Assembly (NCBI GenBank): GCA_904063045.1
Contig: CAJFCJ010000002.1
Span: 4,025,891 to 4,089,890 of the forward strand
Direction of reading: 5' to 3'
DNA length: 64,000 nt
Source: Dimorphilus gyrociliatus
Taxonomy: Eukaryota > Animalia > Annelida
Shown here: one piece after another, positions 26,878 to 38,603 of the stretch
How the letters are laid out: each line of letters starts with the position of its first letter
Position numbering within the stretch: the stretch's first letter is position 1
Translations under genes and position numbers: made by a program
Notes under the pieces: model-generated
Databases searched by the model: none
What the model was told of the DNA's origin: nothing
What the model saw: only the letters and a program-made list of their open reading frames with translations

Positions 26878-26885
26878 TGACGTCA
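26878..26885. promoter_or_regulatory. Full palindromic CRE (TGACGTCA) 48 nt upstream of the GPCR B start codon
   Basis: Exact consensus match in the proximal upstream region. Function is not demonstrated. Confidence 0.35.
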
Positions 26886-26932
26886 TCGGTAGGTGGCAAA
26901 AGCTACAAAGGGATTTTCATTTCTACGCCAGC

Positions 26933-29189
26933 ATGCAAGTAGTCACAGTGAGTGAAGTCGATTTGTTTGAAAGTGATCCGGACGAATGGAAAAGTGGAAA
27001 AAATATTTTAATAATATGTATTTATATAATTACTGCTTTAACTGCGGTAATTGGAAATATCTTAACGATTTTGGTACTAACTTGCTGTAATCATTTCAAG
27101 AGCGAAATTTGCAAGTATCTTATTAACTTAGCGGTTGCTGATTTATGTTTGGCTATTTTCTGTATACCTTTCACTTATACTAAAGTTGTTTTCTATGAAT
27201 GGATGTTTGGCAGTCTTTTCTGTACTGTAGTTCATTTCTTCCAAGTACTTGGAATAAGCGTTAGCGTCTTCACTAACGTCTCAATTGGAATCAACAGGTC
27301 TTATTTCAATTCTTTAATTCCATCTTAGTTCTTATTTAGATATCAAAATTAGTTTGAAAGTAGATCTAATCGATTCTTGAAAAGCATTTTAGCATGAAAA
27401 CAGCAACACTACTATATAAAATTCATAATACTTCGTATAAAAATGTTTTACAAAGTGCTGTCCTTGGGAGGAGAATTAGTTATGTAACCTTACATGTGTT
27501 TCTTTACGCTTTCGCCCTATTTTCTTATCTGTTTATCTATTTATCTATCTATCTAACAATCTACTTATCTCGTCCTCAAAGTTTCTTATCTTTACTAATC
27601 CAAGCGTTTAATATTAGTAAGAGAAATAGGTACATAGAGAGAAACAAATAACATCTATCAAGTGGATTGGGAAGAGATAGCCAACTAAGATCTCTCTCTC
27701 TCTCTCTCTCTCTCTATACGATTTTGTTAAAATCCATTCAAACATACAGAAATGTATAGAGTTTAATGAATAGAGTTTTTGGACAAAAAACTTTCTGCAC
27801 ACGACTTATTGATGATTTCTATAAAAAAGAGAAACTGGTACAAAAGTGTAAGGTATCATCAATGATATTACAACGGAAAGTATATGTCAAATATATTTCA
27901 TCAAACGTGCAGCTTAAAAAATATTGTTATGTGAAAGCATCAATGAAAGGATAAACTATATACATTGTATAGTGAATATTAGAGACTACAATATGTTCAA
28001 TATCCTAATATATCTTCTATATTTTATATGGCATGTCACATTAGCATTGCATTTTACTCTTTCAGACTATTAGCGGTAAAGAAGCCCTTACAAACGGAGG
28101 CAGCGAGAAAAAGAACGTTTCTGATTCTGGCTATAGTTTGGGTACTAGCGTTGATTATTGCTCTTCCTCAAGCGTTTGTAACTGATTTAAACGTATTTCA
28201 ATCAAAGAATGGAAGCGTACTACAATCGATTTGTTCGGAAAATTGGTCAAACCATGCCGATAGAAATTGTTACACGATTATCCTCTTGGCAGCAACCTAT
28301 GTTATACCTTTCGTTATTTTAGTAGCTATAAACACTTATCTCACATGTATTCTATGGAGAAAGAAACTACGTCGGGGAGAGGAACATTCGAGTAATTGTT
28401 TGCATCCAAGACAAAAGGCGGCTACTAAAAAAATAATTAAAGTAATTTTGAAGTCTTCAGGAAATAAGATTAACTTTTACACGTCCTAAAATTAAATTTC
28501 GATATATAAAAGTATAGGTTTTCCTTTTGAAAGGTATTTCTATAAATAGAAAAGCGCAATATCGAAAGAAGAAAATGTAGAAAGAAATGAATACCTTATT
28601 ATAATGTTTTTCTCTCTATCTTTCTCTCCATCTCAGTTCTTTTCTTTTTCTATTGCTCTCTCTATCCTACTTTTTTCCCTCCTTCAAAGAATCGATATAT
28701 ATATATATATATCGTATATACAGTACACATAAATAAATTATAACATTTAAACTTTGCTTTGGCAATGTACGCCAAGGGAAATTATAAAATTTAAGCTATA
28801 TTTAGACAAAAGAACATTTTCAAAGACTTCAACATTACTTTAAGATACTTGTTGCCATTGCTGTTGGGTTTCTCGTTTGTTGGGCTCCTTTAAACATTTT
28901 CACACTTATGAATCATTTTACACCGGAACATTTAAGTTTTGAAAATCATTATATTAGTATATTTGTTGCTGTCCATTGGCCAGCCATGGCTCATTCATCC
29001 GTTAATCCGTTGTTGTATTGCTTCCTGTCACAACCTTTCAGAAGAGATTTGATAGGTCTATTGAAATGTAAGAGGTTAGTTAATTGGTGCGAAAGAAAGA
29101 GCGAAAAGGGAAATCGAGTCGTGGTGGTAAAGACAGTAAAAGATGGCCAAAATTTATCCTATAAGGTGAAAATACTTAAGATGAAGTAA
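26933..29189 (+). CDS. Rhodopsin-class neuropeptide-type GPCR B, tandem paralogue of A. Exons 26933-27297, 28066-28441, 28845-29189.
   Basis: GNIL, YLINLAVADL, WMFGSLFC, CWAPL, HWPAMAHSSVNPLLY. The first intron is at the same position and phase as in GPCR A. Confidence 0.9.
27691..27715. repeat. (TC)n microsatellite in GPCR B intron 1
   Basis: Read directly from the sequence. Confidence 0.9.
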
Positions 29190-31212
29190 AGATTAAGAAG
29201 AGAGGAAGATAAATCAAGGGAAAAGAAGTTGTATAAATTTACACTTTTATCAGTGATATTTGTATATTTTTTTAACGTTTATTAAACAAAAACATTTACA
29301 AATTACTTTTTACTTTTTTAAAAGAAATCAAATGAAGATTTGTTTTTATAAAAAAACGGAAACAAAAGACAAACAATGTACTTTCTATTGTATATTCTAT
29401 GTCGGTGATGAACTTATTGATGTAAACTTGCAGTTAAAAATCTATTCTATTCTCTATACAAAACGTATGTGCTGTATTTTTTTTCTTTTGTTTTTTTTTC
29501 CTTTTATTTATAGTTAACAAAGAAAGAAGACAATCTCAGGGTAATTTTAAGGTACGCTATTTGCTTTCATTTAACCTATATATATATTTATGTTAAACTA
29601 TACAATACAGAATAAAGGAAAGAAATTAAAATACAAAATGAAATAATTGTCTATTCATAGAATAATTTATAAATTTAACAACTGCAAAACAAGAGGAAAT
29701 AAATTAGTTTATAACTATTATAATAACTGTTACTCTTGATATATTTTTTTTTTAACTTTCAGTCTGAATTCTTTCGCTGGATTTTCTATCTTTCTCTCTC
29801 TTTGAATGTATCATTTGATGTTTGGGTATTTTAGTAGAAGACTCTTTTCAACAATTGTTATTAAAATTTTGATATAATTATTATACTTGTACGTGTTTTA
29901 TCTCTTAGTTATTATAATTAGAATTTTGATCTAGATTTTGGATTTTTAAATATATTGGTTATTCTTAAGGTTTTTTAGTTATAGATAATGACTATTTCAA
30001 AATGTATAGCTTAATTAATAGACTCGACAGTTTCGTTTTATCCGGGGAATTAATTAAAAAAACGTTTTTTCATATATCTAGGAACAAGGATGATATCGTT
30101 GTCCTCTTTTCGATTCAAATATCCAGGGTCTATAATCAAGTTACTTACATTGTTTCTCAAGGTCATAAATGAAATATATTCGTAGTGTATGATTAAAGAT
30201 GATAACATTTGCATAATAGTAACAAAGCCACTCTAGAAAGTTTAAGATATCAAGTAATTTTTTCCCCACATTCACAAAACTATTAGACGTTATCTCATTA
30301 ACATATTATCAATAGGAAACAAAAATGAAGCATAAATTATTAATATACAATCAATTATTAAGACGCTTAGAATATCTATTGTATTTGTGGAAAGCATGTA
30401 GTTTGTTTTGGACGTTGTAATATCATACTAGTATCTTATTTAAATAACACAAAAACATACTTTTAATACAACGGGATTTGTCTCTCAAATATAATAAAGC
30501 AAATGGCATTTTTCCTTTTTAAAATCTAATACGTTCTATTCTATTTATATACAGTTATATATGTATGTGAAAATAATTGATTTTGCTCTTTCTTTAAACC
30601 GTAAATGAAGAAAGCAAACAGGTAACTGAAAACCAACGAACCCCTCGAAAGCATATCAAATCAGCTTTCAATTAAACTTTGTTTAATTAGTTTAACTGAA
30701 TTACGTTGTGTGTGCAAAACATCTTAATTATATATACTGCACACATATATATGTATGTATAAGTATATGTACAGTATATATATGGTATATATGTATATAT
30801 AAATGCCTTTTTAATAAATGATATTTGAAAGGATTATTACTATATACACTAGCAGAGAGATATCCTAAGGTTACCTTCTTCTGTAGTTACGTTCCTTATA
30901 TTATATATTTAACCTAAATATTACTATTCATATTTATGCTGGATAGTAGATAATTCTTTTAGAATTTATCCTATATAGATAAGACTATGCTTAAGAGTTG
31001 CACTAGAAAAGACTTTTACTAAAGAAAGCCTTCATTGATGAAATCTATGTCAGCATTCTTATATTTTTGTTTTATATTGGCAATCATAAAATATACAGTC
31101 TGTGAGATTGTTTGTGATAAGATAGTGATATATATATACTGTATATATATATATATCCATATATTCGTGTGTAAAATCGATCTTCTCGTAATATTCTGAT
31201 TTCTTAGTGGAA

Positions 31213-34158
31213 ATGACTGTTTGTTGTGACGACATGAGAGATAATCTTGTAACAATTATTTTTGATGATGATGAACATAACTCTTTTAGGAATAAAGGTA
31301 AAAGATTTAAAAGACAATTCATTCGTTACGAGGCAGATGATGGTGAGATTGCTTTTGATCGAATTGTTAATAATAGATTAATGGTCGATTGTTTAAATGA
31401 AACGAGCGTGTTTTTTGGCCAAAGTAAAAAATCAATTGAATATTTAAGCGATGAAATTTTAATGTTTTTTAAGTGTTTATTCAATAACAATACATGGCTT
31501 ATAACCGATGGATTAAATAATTCAAGTAGCGTTTCCCAAAGAATAGGTCATTTATTTAAAAATGAAAAGTCAATATTTATAATTGGAGTTTGTTATGGGA
31601 TATTAGAATTTATAAATTTTGATAAAAGTATTGTCTACGATAAGAAAAATCAATTACAACATAATCATAAAACTTTTTTCTACTTGAACGATCAAAACGA
31701 TTATTTAAAGTTTATGCAATCTTTCCAACGGAAACAACTCTTGAATAACTTGAACTATTATAATAGAAATCTATTTCGTAGTGTTTTCATCGTTGCTGGT
31801 GGAGATGAAAGTACGATTTTACAATTAAAATCTTGGAATCGAACCGTTAGTAATTTAATATTAATGAGAGATGGAAATGATGATAACGATACAACTCCTC
31901 AATATTACGAATACCCTATATTTATTATCAAAGGAAGTGGACAAATAGCCGATATTCTTGCAAAAGCTGTTGAAATAATAAGAGATACTTCGTTTGACAA
32001 TCCTTTTGAGGAATTTGAGAGAGAGATGGATAAAATAAATATTAACTGTTTAGAGATAGGAATGAGTATTAATGACTTTTATATTATAGCCGAGTTAAAT
32101 GAAAGAAAGCGCATTTGTATCTTGACAGATGAAGAGTGTAAAGAAGCTAATGAGACATTAAGACAAATTAATAAGTTTCAAATAGCTCTAAAAAGTTCTC
32201 AAATTTTAGATAGAAAAGTAACTTCTCTTTCATATTTATTCTCTGTTGTTGGTTTTCAAGGAAATTTATTTGCTACTATTAAAACAATTGATACGAAATT
32301 ATGGGAAGCAATAAGTGAAAAAGCACTAATACCTTATTATGATCAACTTTTCTCCAAAAAGGAATTACAAACTAGCAATAAATTACATATTTTGTTAAAT
32401 CACATTTGTAAGCCAACAGTTAAAGGAATTGAAAATAGAATAGTTTTAATTATGTATTACGTCTTTGGTAAGAAATCGAATATTTTATATAGGCCTTTTG
32501 GAAGTAATGATAGGCAATATGCAATTTGGGATTTACTTATATTTGGTATTTTATCCCATAATACATGTCTAATTGACTATTTACTATATAAAACAAACCC
32601 AGTAGCATCTTCCCTAGTAGCTTCCGTGATCCTAAATGGCTTGGCTATAAAAAGTAAAGAGTATGGCTTGTTAAATTTATACGAAGAATTAACGGAAAGT
32701 GGCCAAAGATATAATATGCTGGCTAAGAAAATTTATCATAGTCTCTTTGATAAATATTGGAATAAATGCGACATATTTTTAGATGCCCATCTTCCTTTCG
32801 ATAGAAATAGTGAAAGAACGATTCTGGAAATTGCACTGAACTGTAATATGAAACACCTTTTAGCTGAACCAGGTGTGCAGAAGAACGTTGATTCAATGTG
32901 GAAATCAAACAAAGTTCCCTCTCAAAAAAATGATAGGGAAAAATCAATTTTCAACTGGATTCTAACACCTCAACTCAAGTTCTTTTTAAATATTTTCTTC
33001 TATTTGTCTTTTCTCTCGCTGTTTAGTTATTTTATATTAATTCTTCTCAACCCAATTTCTATACAATCTATTGGTGTTATCGAAGTTTTATTATTAATAT
33101 GGGTTAGCGGATTAATGATGGAAGAAATGCGGCAAATTTACTATACATCTGCAAAAGTTTTCCCTTATAAGGAATTTTCAAAAATCATTGATGAAGATAC
33201 AAAACATTTCTCTGTTGACTTTTATTACTTGGCAAAATATCGTGATATTATCATCAATTATCTGAGTAGTAATTGGAATATTATCGATATATTATCAATT
33301 ATTTGCTTTTTTACATCGTTTACACTGAGGTGTTTATTAGGTATTGAAAAATTTGTTTTGGTTAGAATATTTTACGGTATTACCCTTATTTTAATGTCAT
33401 CTAGAGTTTTACAATTTATGAATTACATTAAATTTCTTGGACCTAAAGTTCTAACAATGTTAGAAATGACAAAAGATTTGGTTAGATTCCTTATGGTAGC
33501 TGGTGTTTTCTTACTTAGTTTTGGTGTTGCTTATCAGGCTATGGTTGGGAAGTGGGTTAAATATTCCGGTAAAGCTATTAATATTTTAGCTGCAATATTC
33601 GGAGATCCATTTTGGAGAATATTTGGGGAATTGAATTTAGAGAAATTAAATGAAGATTCCGGGAGGCACGACATACTCTCTTGGCTGTTACCCATTTTGA
33701 TAGGAGTTTACTTGATTGTAATGAATATTCTTTTAATTAATTTACTGATAGCCATATTCTCAAGTTCTTACAATAGAATAGAACAAGAAACAGAGCTGCT
33801 TTGGTCAGTTCAGTCCGTTAAATTAACTTTTGAATATCTTGAAGAATTATACATTCCTCCTCCACTAAATTTAATTGATTATTCTATTAGAATAATAATG
33901 TTCTTATGGAAAAAGTATATGCGCTGTTGTGGTGAGAATAAAAATATAGAGTGCCTCAGAATAGGTAAAAGTAAAACATTTAACAAGGTGGAAGAGACTA
34001 AAATTGATACATCAGCCTCAATTAATTCCGTAATATCACATTTAACAAAGTTTCCTGATGATAGTCTGAATGATCTGATGATAGAGGTTGCCGGAAATGT
34101 CGCAAAGATAGGTGAAAGATTAAATAACATTGAACAAAAATTAAAAACGATTATGTAA
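31213..34158 (+). CDS. Divergent TRPM-like cation channel A, ~981 aa, intronless CDS
   Basis: MHR/SLOG motifs TWLITDG and PIFIIKGSGQIADILA, DLLIFGIL, pre-S1 VQKNVDSMW, WNIIDILSI, LGPKV, pore FWRIFGE, S6 NILLINLLIAIF, a TRP helix, PPPLN and a C-terminal coiled coil. No NUDT9-H or kinase domain. The first ATG is at 31213; the ORF track start at 31207 is a GTG. Confidence 0.88.
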   Translation: MTVCCDDMRDNLVTIIFDDDEHNSFRNKGKRFKRQFIRYEADDGEIAFDRIVNNRLMVDCLNETSVFFGQSKKSIEYLSDEILMFFKCLFNNNTWLITDGLNNSSSVSQRIGHLFKNEKSIFIIGVCYGILEFINFDKSIVYDKKNQLQHNHKTFFYLNDQNDYLKFMQSFQRKQLLNNLNYYNRNLFRSVFIVAGGDESTILQLKSWNRTVSNLILMRDGNDDNDTTPQYYEYPIFIIKGSGQIADILAKAVEIIRDTSFDNPFEEFEREMDKININCLEIGMSINDFYIIAELNERKRICILTDEECKEANETLRQINKFQIALKSSQILDRKVTSLSYLFSVVGFQGNLFATIKTIDTKLWEAISEKALIPYYDQLFSKKELQTSNKLHILLNHICKPTVKGIENRIVLIMYYVFGKKSNILYRPFGSNDRQYAIWDLLIFGILSHNTCLIDYLLYKTNPVASSLVASVILNGLAIKSKEYGLLNLYEELTESGQRYNMLAKKIYHSLFDKYWNKCDIFLDAHLPFDRNSERTILEIALNCNMKHLLAEPGVQKNVDSMWKSNKVPSQKNDREKSIFNWILTPQLKFFLNIFFYLSFLSLFSYFILILLNPISIQSIGVIEVLLLIWVSGLMMEEMRQIYYTSAKVFPYKEFSKIIDEDTKHFSVDFYYLAKYRDIIINYLSSNWNIIDILSIICFFTSFTLRCLLGIEKFVLVRIFYGITLILMSSRVLQFMNYIKFLGPKVLTMLEMTKDLVRFLMVAGVFLLSFGVAYQAMVGKWVKYSGKAINILAAIFGDPFWRIFGELNLEKLNEDSGRHDILSWLLPILIGVYLIVMNILLINLLIAIFSSSYNRIEQETELLWSVQSVKLTFEYLEELYIPPPLNLIDYSIRIIMFLWKKYMRCCGENKNIECLRIGKSKTFNKVEETKIDTSASINSVISHLTKFPDDSLNDLMIEVAGNVAKIGERLNNIEQKLKTIM

Positions 34159-34727
34159 AAATGATTTGCTTTTAGTTTTATCTAAGTCTTATCTTCTTCT
34201 GTAATACATATTCTATGATTAAAGTAACCGATATGTTAAGATTATTATATAGTACGTTCATTTTTCATTGACAATTATAAGATGATATTTTCAATATTTT
34301 AAAAAGTATACTAAAGTAACATTCTCTCTCTCCTTTTTTAGCTATTCGTTTTATATTTTGTACAATAACCAAAGATTGTGCTGTTCTTTATCCCATAGAG
34401 AAGCTTTCAGGAAGAAAGATGGTTTATATTAGGTAGGAATAAGAGAGAGAATCAAACTCTAAAAATTTTATTGTTTTTTTATTACTCATGGACAAATCGA
34501 GTATTCTCTCTTCTATCAAAAAGAGTCTGCAGCATACAGAAGACGTCTAAATGAAAGTAAGAAAAGTGAAGAAACCTTTGAATATCAGAAAAAGATTGAT
34601 ATAAAAAAATTGTTGTAAATCAATCTTAGATAGAAATTTTAGACTCTTTTTCGGATATTAATTAATAGTTTTGCTTTATTTATTTACTGTATTATTGTTT
34701 TCATCATTTGTTTCTTCAGTTGGTTTA

Positions 34728-37700
34728 CTAAAAGCTTTTCCAAAGTATCATTAAAACTACAATAAAAACTTTTGAGAAGCTGTTAAAGTTCTTGTTAATT
34801 GAGCAGTTTTTATCGGTCAATGTATAATTATTACAATGTGCTGTAGTGCAGCATTGTTGACAAATTTGATATCTGGAATTTAATTTATCGCATACAAAGT
34901 TATCCTTCAAGTTTTTTGGACAAGTCTTTTGTGTACAGTTCCTAACAAATGAAATTCTCCCTTCAGCTTCTATACGATATCCCCAACAACTTCCTTCAGT
35001 GCAATCTGTTACCGTCTTTTGGGATACATTTTGCAGGCGAACTCCGCAGTCTTCTTCATTCCCTTCACAGCTATAGCAATTATCTGTAAAGATAAGTAAT
35101 TACTACTGGCCCATGTGAAGTTGTTAAGTCAACATACACGAACATTTCCTATCGTAATCTATTAATTGAAAACCATGAGCACATTTAAAGCAGAAATGAC
35201 CATGGAAGCAAACTTTACATCCGTCTATGGCACAATTCAGACAAGATTGCCCATCATCCCTTAGCGTGTATTCTTCTTCGCATTCTTTACAAACTCCCTT
35301 TGCATTAAAAGCAACTGGACTACATTTCCTACAACCATGAAATGTTGAAAGACTACATTGAAGGCAAGTTCCATCGCTGGAAATTGAGTATTTTTCATTG
35401 CACTCTATACATTTGGAGATAATTTCACTTAAAGTTATACATTTCCTGCAATTTCTAGGGCAAGGTATACATTTCCCCTTTTGTGTTAATGTATGGCCGT
35501 CATTGCATTGTAAGCATATATAATGATTGCTATAGATACATTTTTGACAATTATCTGGGCATAAACCGCATCCTTGTGTGTTTAATTGATAACCAGTTTC
35601 ACATTCAGTACAACGAAGATGATAATTGTTTTTGGAATTTGACTTGCAACTCTTACAATTTTCTGTCCCACAAAGTTCACAAGCGTCACCTCTTAAACCA
35701 TATTTTGGAGAGCATACAGTGCACTTGTCAATATAGTTTTCTCTAAAACATGAAACGCATCCCTCTGGGCATGGGACACAAACTTCCATATGAATTCTAT
35801 ATCCAGCTTTGCAGCCGGAACAAGTAAATTTACCAGTAGTTTCATCAAATTTACATTTAATGCAGCCACTTGGGCAATTTCTGCAACGTCTATCATAAAG
35901 AACATAATCGTCCGGACAAGATATACAAGCAACAAATGACGAATCAACCAGTTCGGCTGCTAGACAATTTTCTTTAGTTGGACGGCAAATCTTTGTTCTT
36001 GAATCAAAAAAGTAGCCTTGTTGACAACCATCAGGGTCACATGTCCCTGTACCGGTTTTTTTGCAAGATAGACAGTTGTCAGTGCACTCTAATCGATACG
36101 AAAATGAAATAACTACTGTTGATTTTGTTTATCATCTATAATTTATATACTTACTTTCGCAGGTTGAAGTTTCTACGCTTAGTACAAAATTCTCCAAGCA
36201 TGTTAGGGTTTTAGTCTGTAAAGTTGATGTGTCATAGGAGCAACTTGATACACCTTGACCTTTACAAGCTATACAATTTAGTATTCGACTTGAATTGTCT
36301 AAATGAGCTACGAAAGTCTCTATACACTGTAAGCAGATTACTTTGTCCTCGGTAACTTGACATGTAGAGCAACCACTTGGGCAGCTTAAGCATGTTTTGC
36401 CAGAAGCATTATACGCATACCCTTGTGCGCAAGATGAAGGGTAGCATACGGGTGACACATGCGATGACGTGGGAAAGTAACATTTAAGGCAGTTGCTACT
36501 ACAAGCTAAATGGAAAAGAAGTGATTAAGTTTAAAGTACAAATAGAGTATAGTACTCTACAATAAATTACAACTACCGGAACAAGTTCCATCGCCTTTTA
36601 AAGTCCATGATTTTCCTTCGAAATTTTCTATACATTTCGAACATTTTAGATTTCCAAGCTTTAAATCGCACGCTTCGCAATAATTAGGACATTTAAGACA
36701 TCTGGAATTTGAGTCTAGGACATGTCCTTTATTACAACGAGAGCAAAATATATCCCCATTATAGAAATAGCATGACTGACAATTATCGGGGCATCTATCG
36801 CAGCTTTCCATCAGAAGAAGGGCATAGTTTTCTCGACATTGTAGGCATAAAATGTTGTTATCTTTGTCTGGTTGACACTTTAAACAGTTTCCTTTACATT
36901 TAATACATGTGCCTTTGAAGACTGAAAAACCTGTTTGACATTTTGAACATTTGTCCAAACGGGAGCACTCTATGCAAGCTCTGTCATAAGTTGTACAGCT
37001 GATGCATTTGTTATCGTTATTTAGGAAAAAATTTGACGAGCATTTCGTGCAGTTCTCAGAATTTTCACATTTTAAACAACCATGCAAAACAAAATCACAT
37101 GGTATACAAGTATGAAGTGCCGTTTTGTAAGAAAATTCAGAGCATTCTTTGCAAGTTAACACGCTGTTTTTGAAATCCATGAAACATTCTAAGCAGTAGT
37201 TAGGGCAACCTATTTAGAGAATTGTTCTTTATCATTTAATTATGAAATCTAATAATAAATATTTATATCTTACGATTGCAAACATGATATCTAGTCAAAT
37301 AATATCCTTTCTGACAATATAAACATTGAGCATTATTCTCTGCAAATCTACAGGATGTACAACCTTCTGAACATCCTAAACATTCCAATTTATCGATAGT
37401 TAAGGCATAATTATCCTTACACTCTAAACATTTTTGCAAATTTTCACATCTTTTGCAATCTTTCGCGCAAGCTGAAATAGCATTAGCTGTTTAATAAATA
37501 TAGAAAAAATGACAAAAAACAATAACGAACGTAGACATCTTCCCGAAGTTTCTGAATAATATTCATCACGGCAAACAGAGCAAACTGTCGCATTACCTTC
37601 GATTAACCAGCTATCCCTTTCCTTACAGAATTTTGTGGACTTACAATATTTAGGGCATTCTATTTAATATATAGATTTTCTTTATAAAAATAAACGACCA

Positions 37701-37994
37701 GAAGACGCTATTTTATATATACAAATTCATTACCAAGACAATATTTTCTAGATTTACTTAAAATTCGATTTTCAGAGCATTCACTGCAATAGGTATCTTT
37801 CGAACTACATTTTTCATATAGACAATTACTTATGCTACAACCGGAACAGCTCGTTCTATAGCCTGTTGTTATGAACATAAAGAATTACAGATTATTTCAA
37901 CTGGAATAAACATACATGCAGTTAATAAAAATTCCTATTTCGACTTACCAAAATATATTAATACAACCAATGGAAATATTAGATTATGATACAT
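34728..37994 (-). CDS. Secreted, probably GPI-anchored 930-aa protein: signal peptide, about 20 furin/VSP-like CxxC repeats, C-terminal Ly6/uPAR (three-finger) domain. Exons 37994-37949, 37862-37734, 37659-37531, 37471-37274, 37209-36577, 36505-36155, 36088-35138, 35083-34728.
   Basis: The exons sum to 2793 nt in one open frame and all seven introns are GT-AG phase 1. Signal MYHNLIFPLVVLIYFG. The last exon reads NCYSCEG...C...C...CWGY...VRNC...C...C...CQQCCTTAHCNN, then a short spacer and a hydrophobic tail (VFIVVLMILW). Confidence 0.85.
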
Positions 37995-38603
37995 TAATGT
38001 ATGAATTTTTTGTTTGTTTAGTTAAAAAGTCAACAATCTTTAAAACATATTGGTGTTTTTCTTCCTATTTTTCTTTTCGTAAGGATTTTTCTTATTTTCT
38101 TTCCTAACCAAAAATGACAGATCAATATTATACTTTATTCATACAAACTAAAACTTATTTATAGGGTGAATTATATTAAATTGAAGGGATTATAATTTGT
38201 AAAAGAAGAGAAAAATCTATGCGAGGACGTAGAATGTATATTAAAATTGAACGTGGGTATGAATATTTCGTATGTTTTACTAAAAGAATCCCGAACTACT
38301 CTTTTCGTTTTCTAAGAAAAAACTTTTAATAATTATCAGTTGATTAAATTTATTCAGCATTTATAAAAAAAACACCTTTTATATAGGCGTATATTGAATA
38401 TACTTGTTATGTTCAGTGTAAATGTGTTTGAATAGCCGTATATAAATAAAAAGTTCAAAATTTTGTACTATTTCTATTCTTTACTGTTGTAGGTCAATAG
38501 AAAAATTAAGGATATCAATCAAGTAAAAAGAAAAACCAAGCTGTCTCGTAATGTTTCATTCATGATCAACCACCTTATATGTCATATTTTTGCCTCAGTT
38601 TAA

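Noticed and set aside
22586-27954. Many 60-90 aa Phe/Ile/Tyr/Lys-rich ORFs between and within the GPCR genes (similar ones at 46847, 54838, 62900 and 63289)
   Set aside because: Their composition reflects AT-rich and microsatellite DNA; there are no motifs or consistent splice structure.
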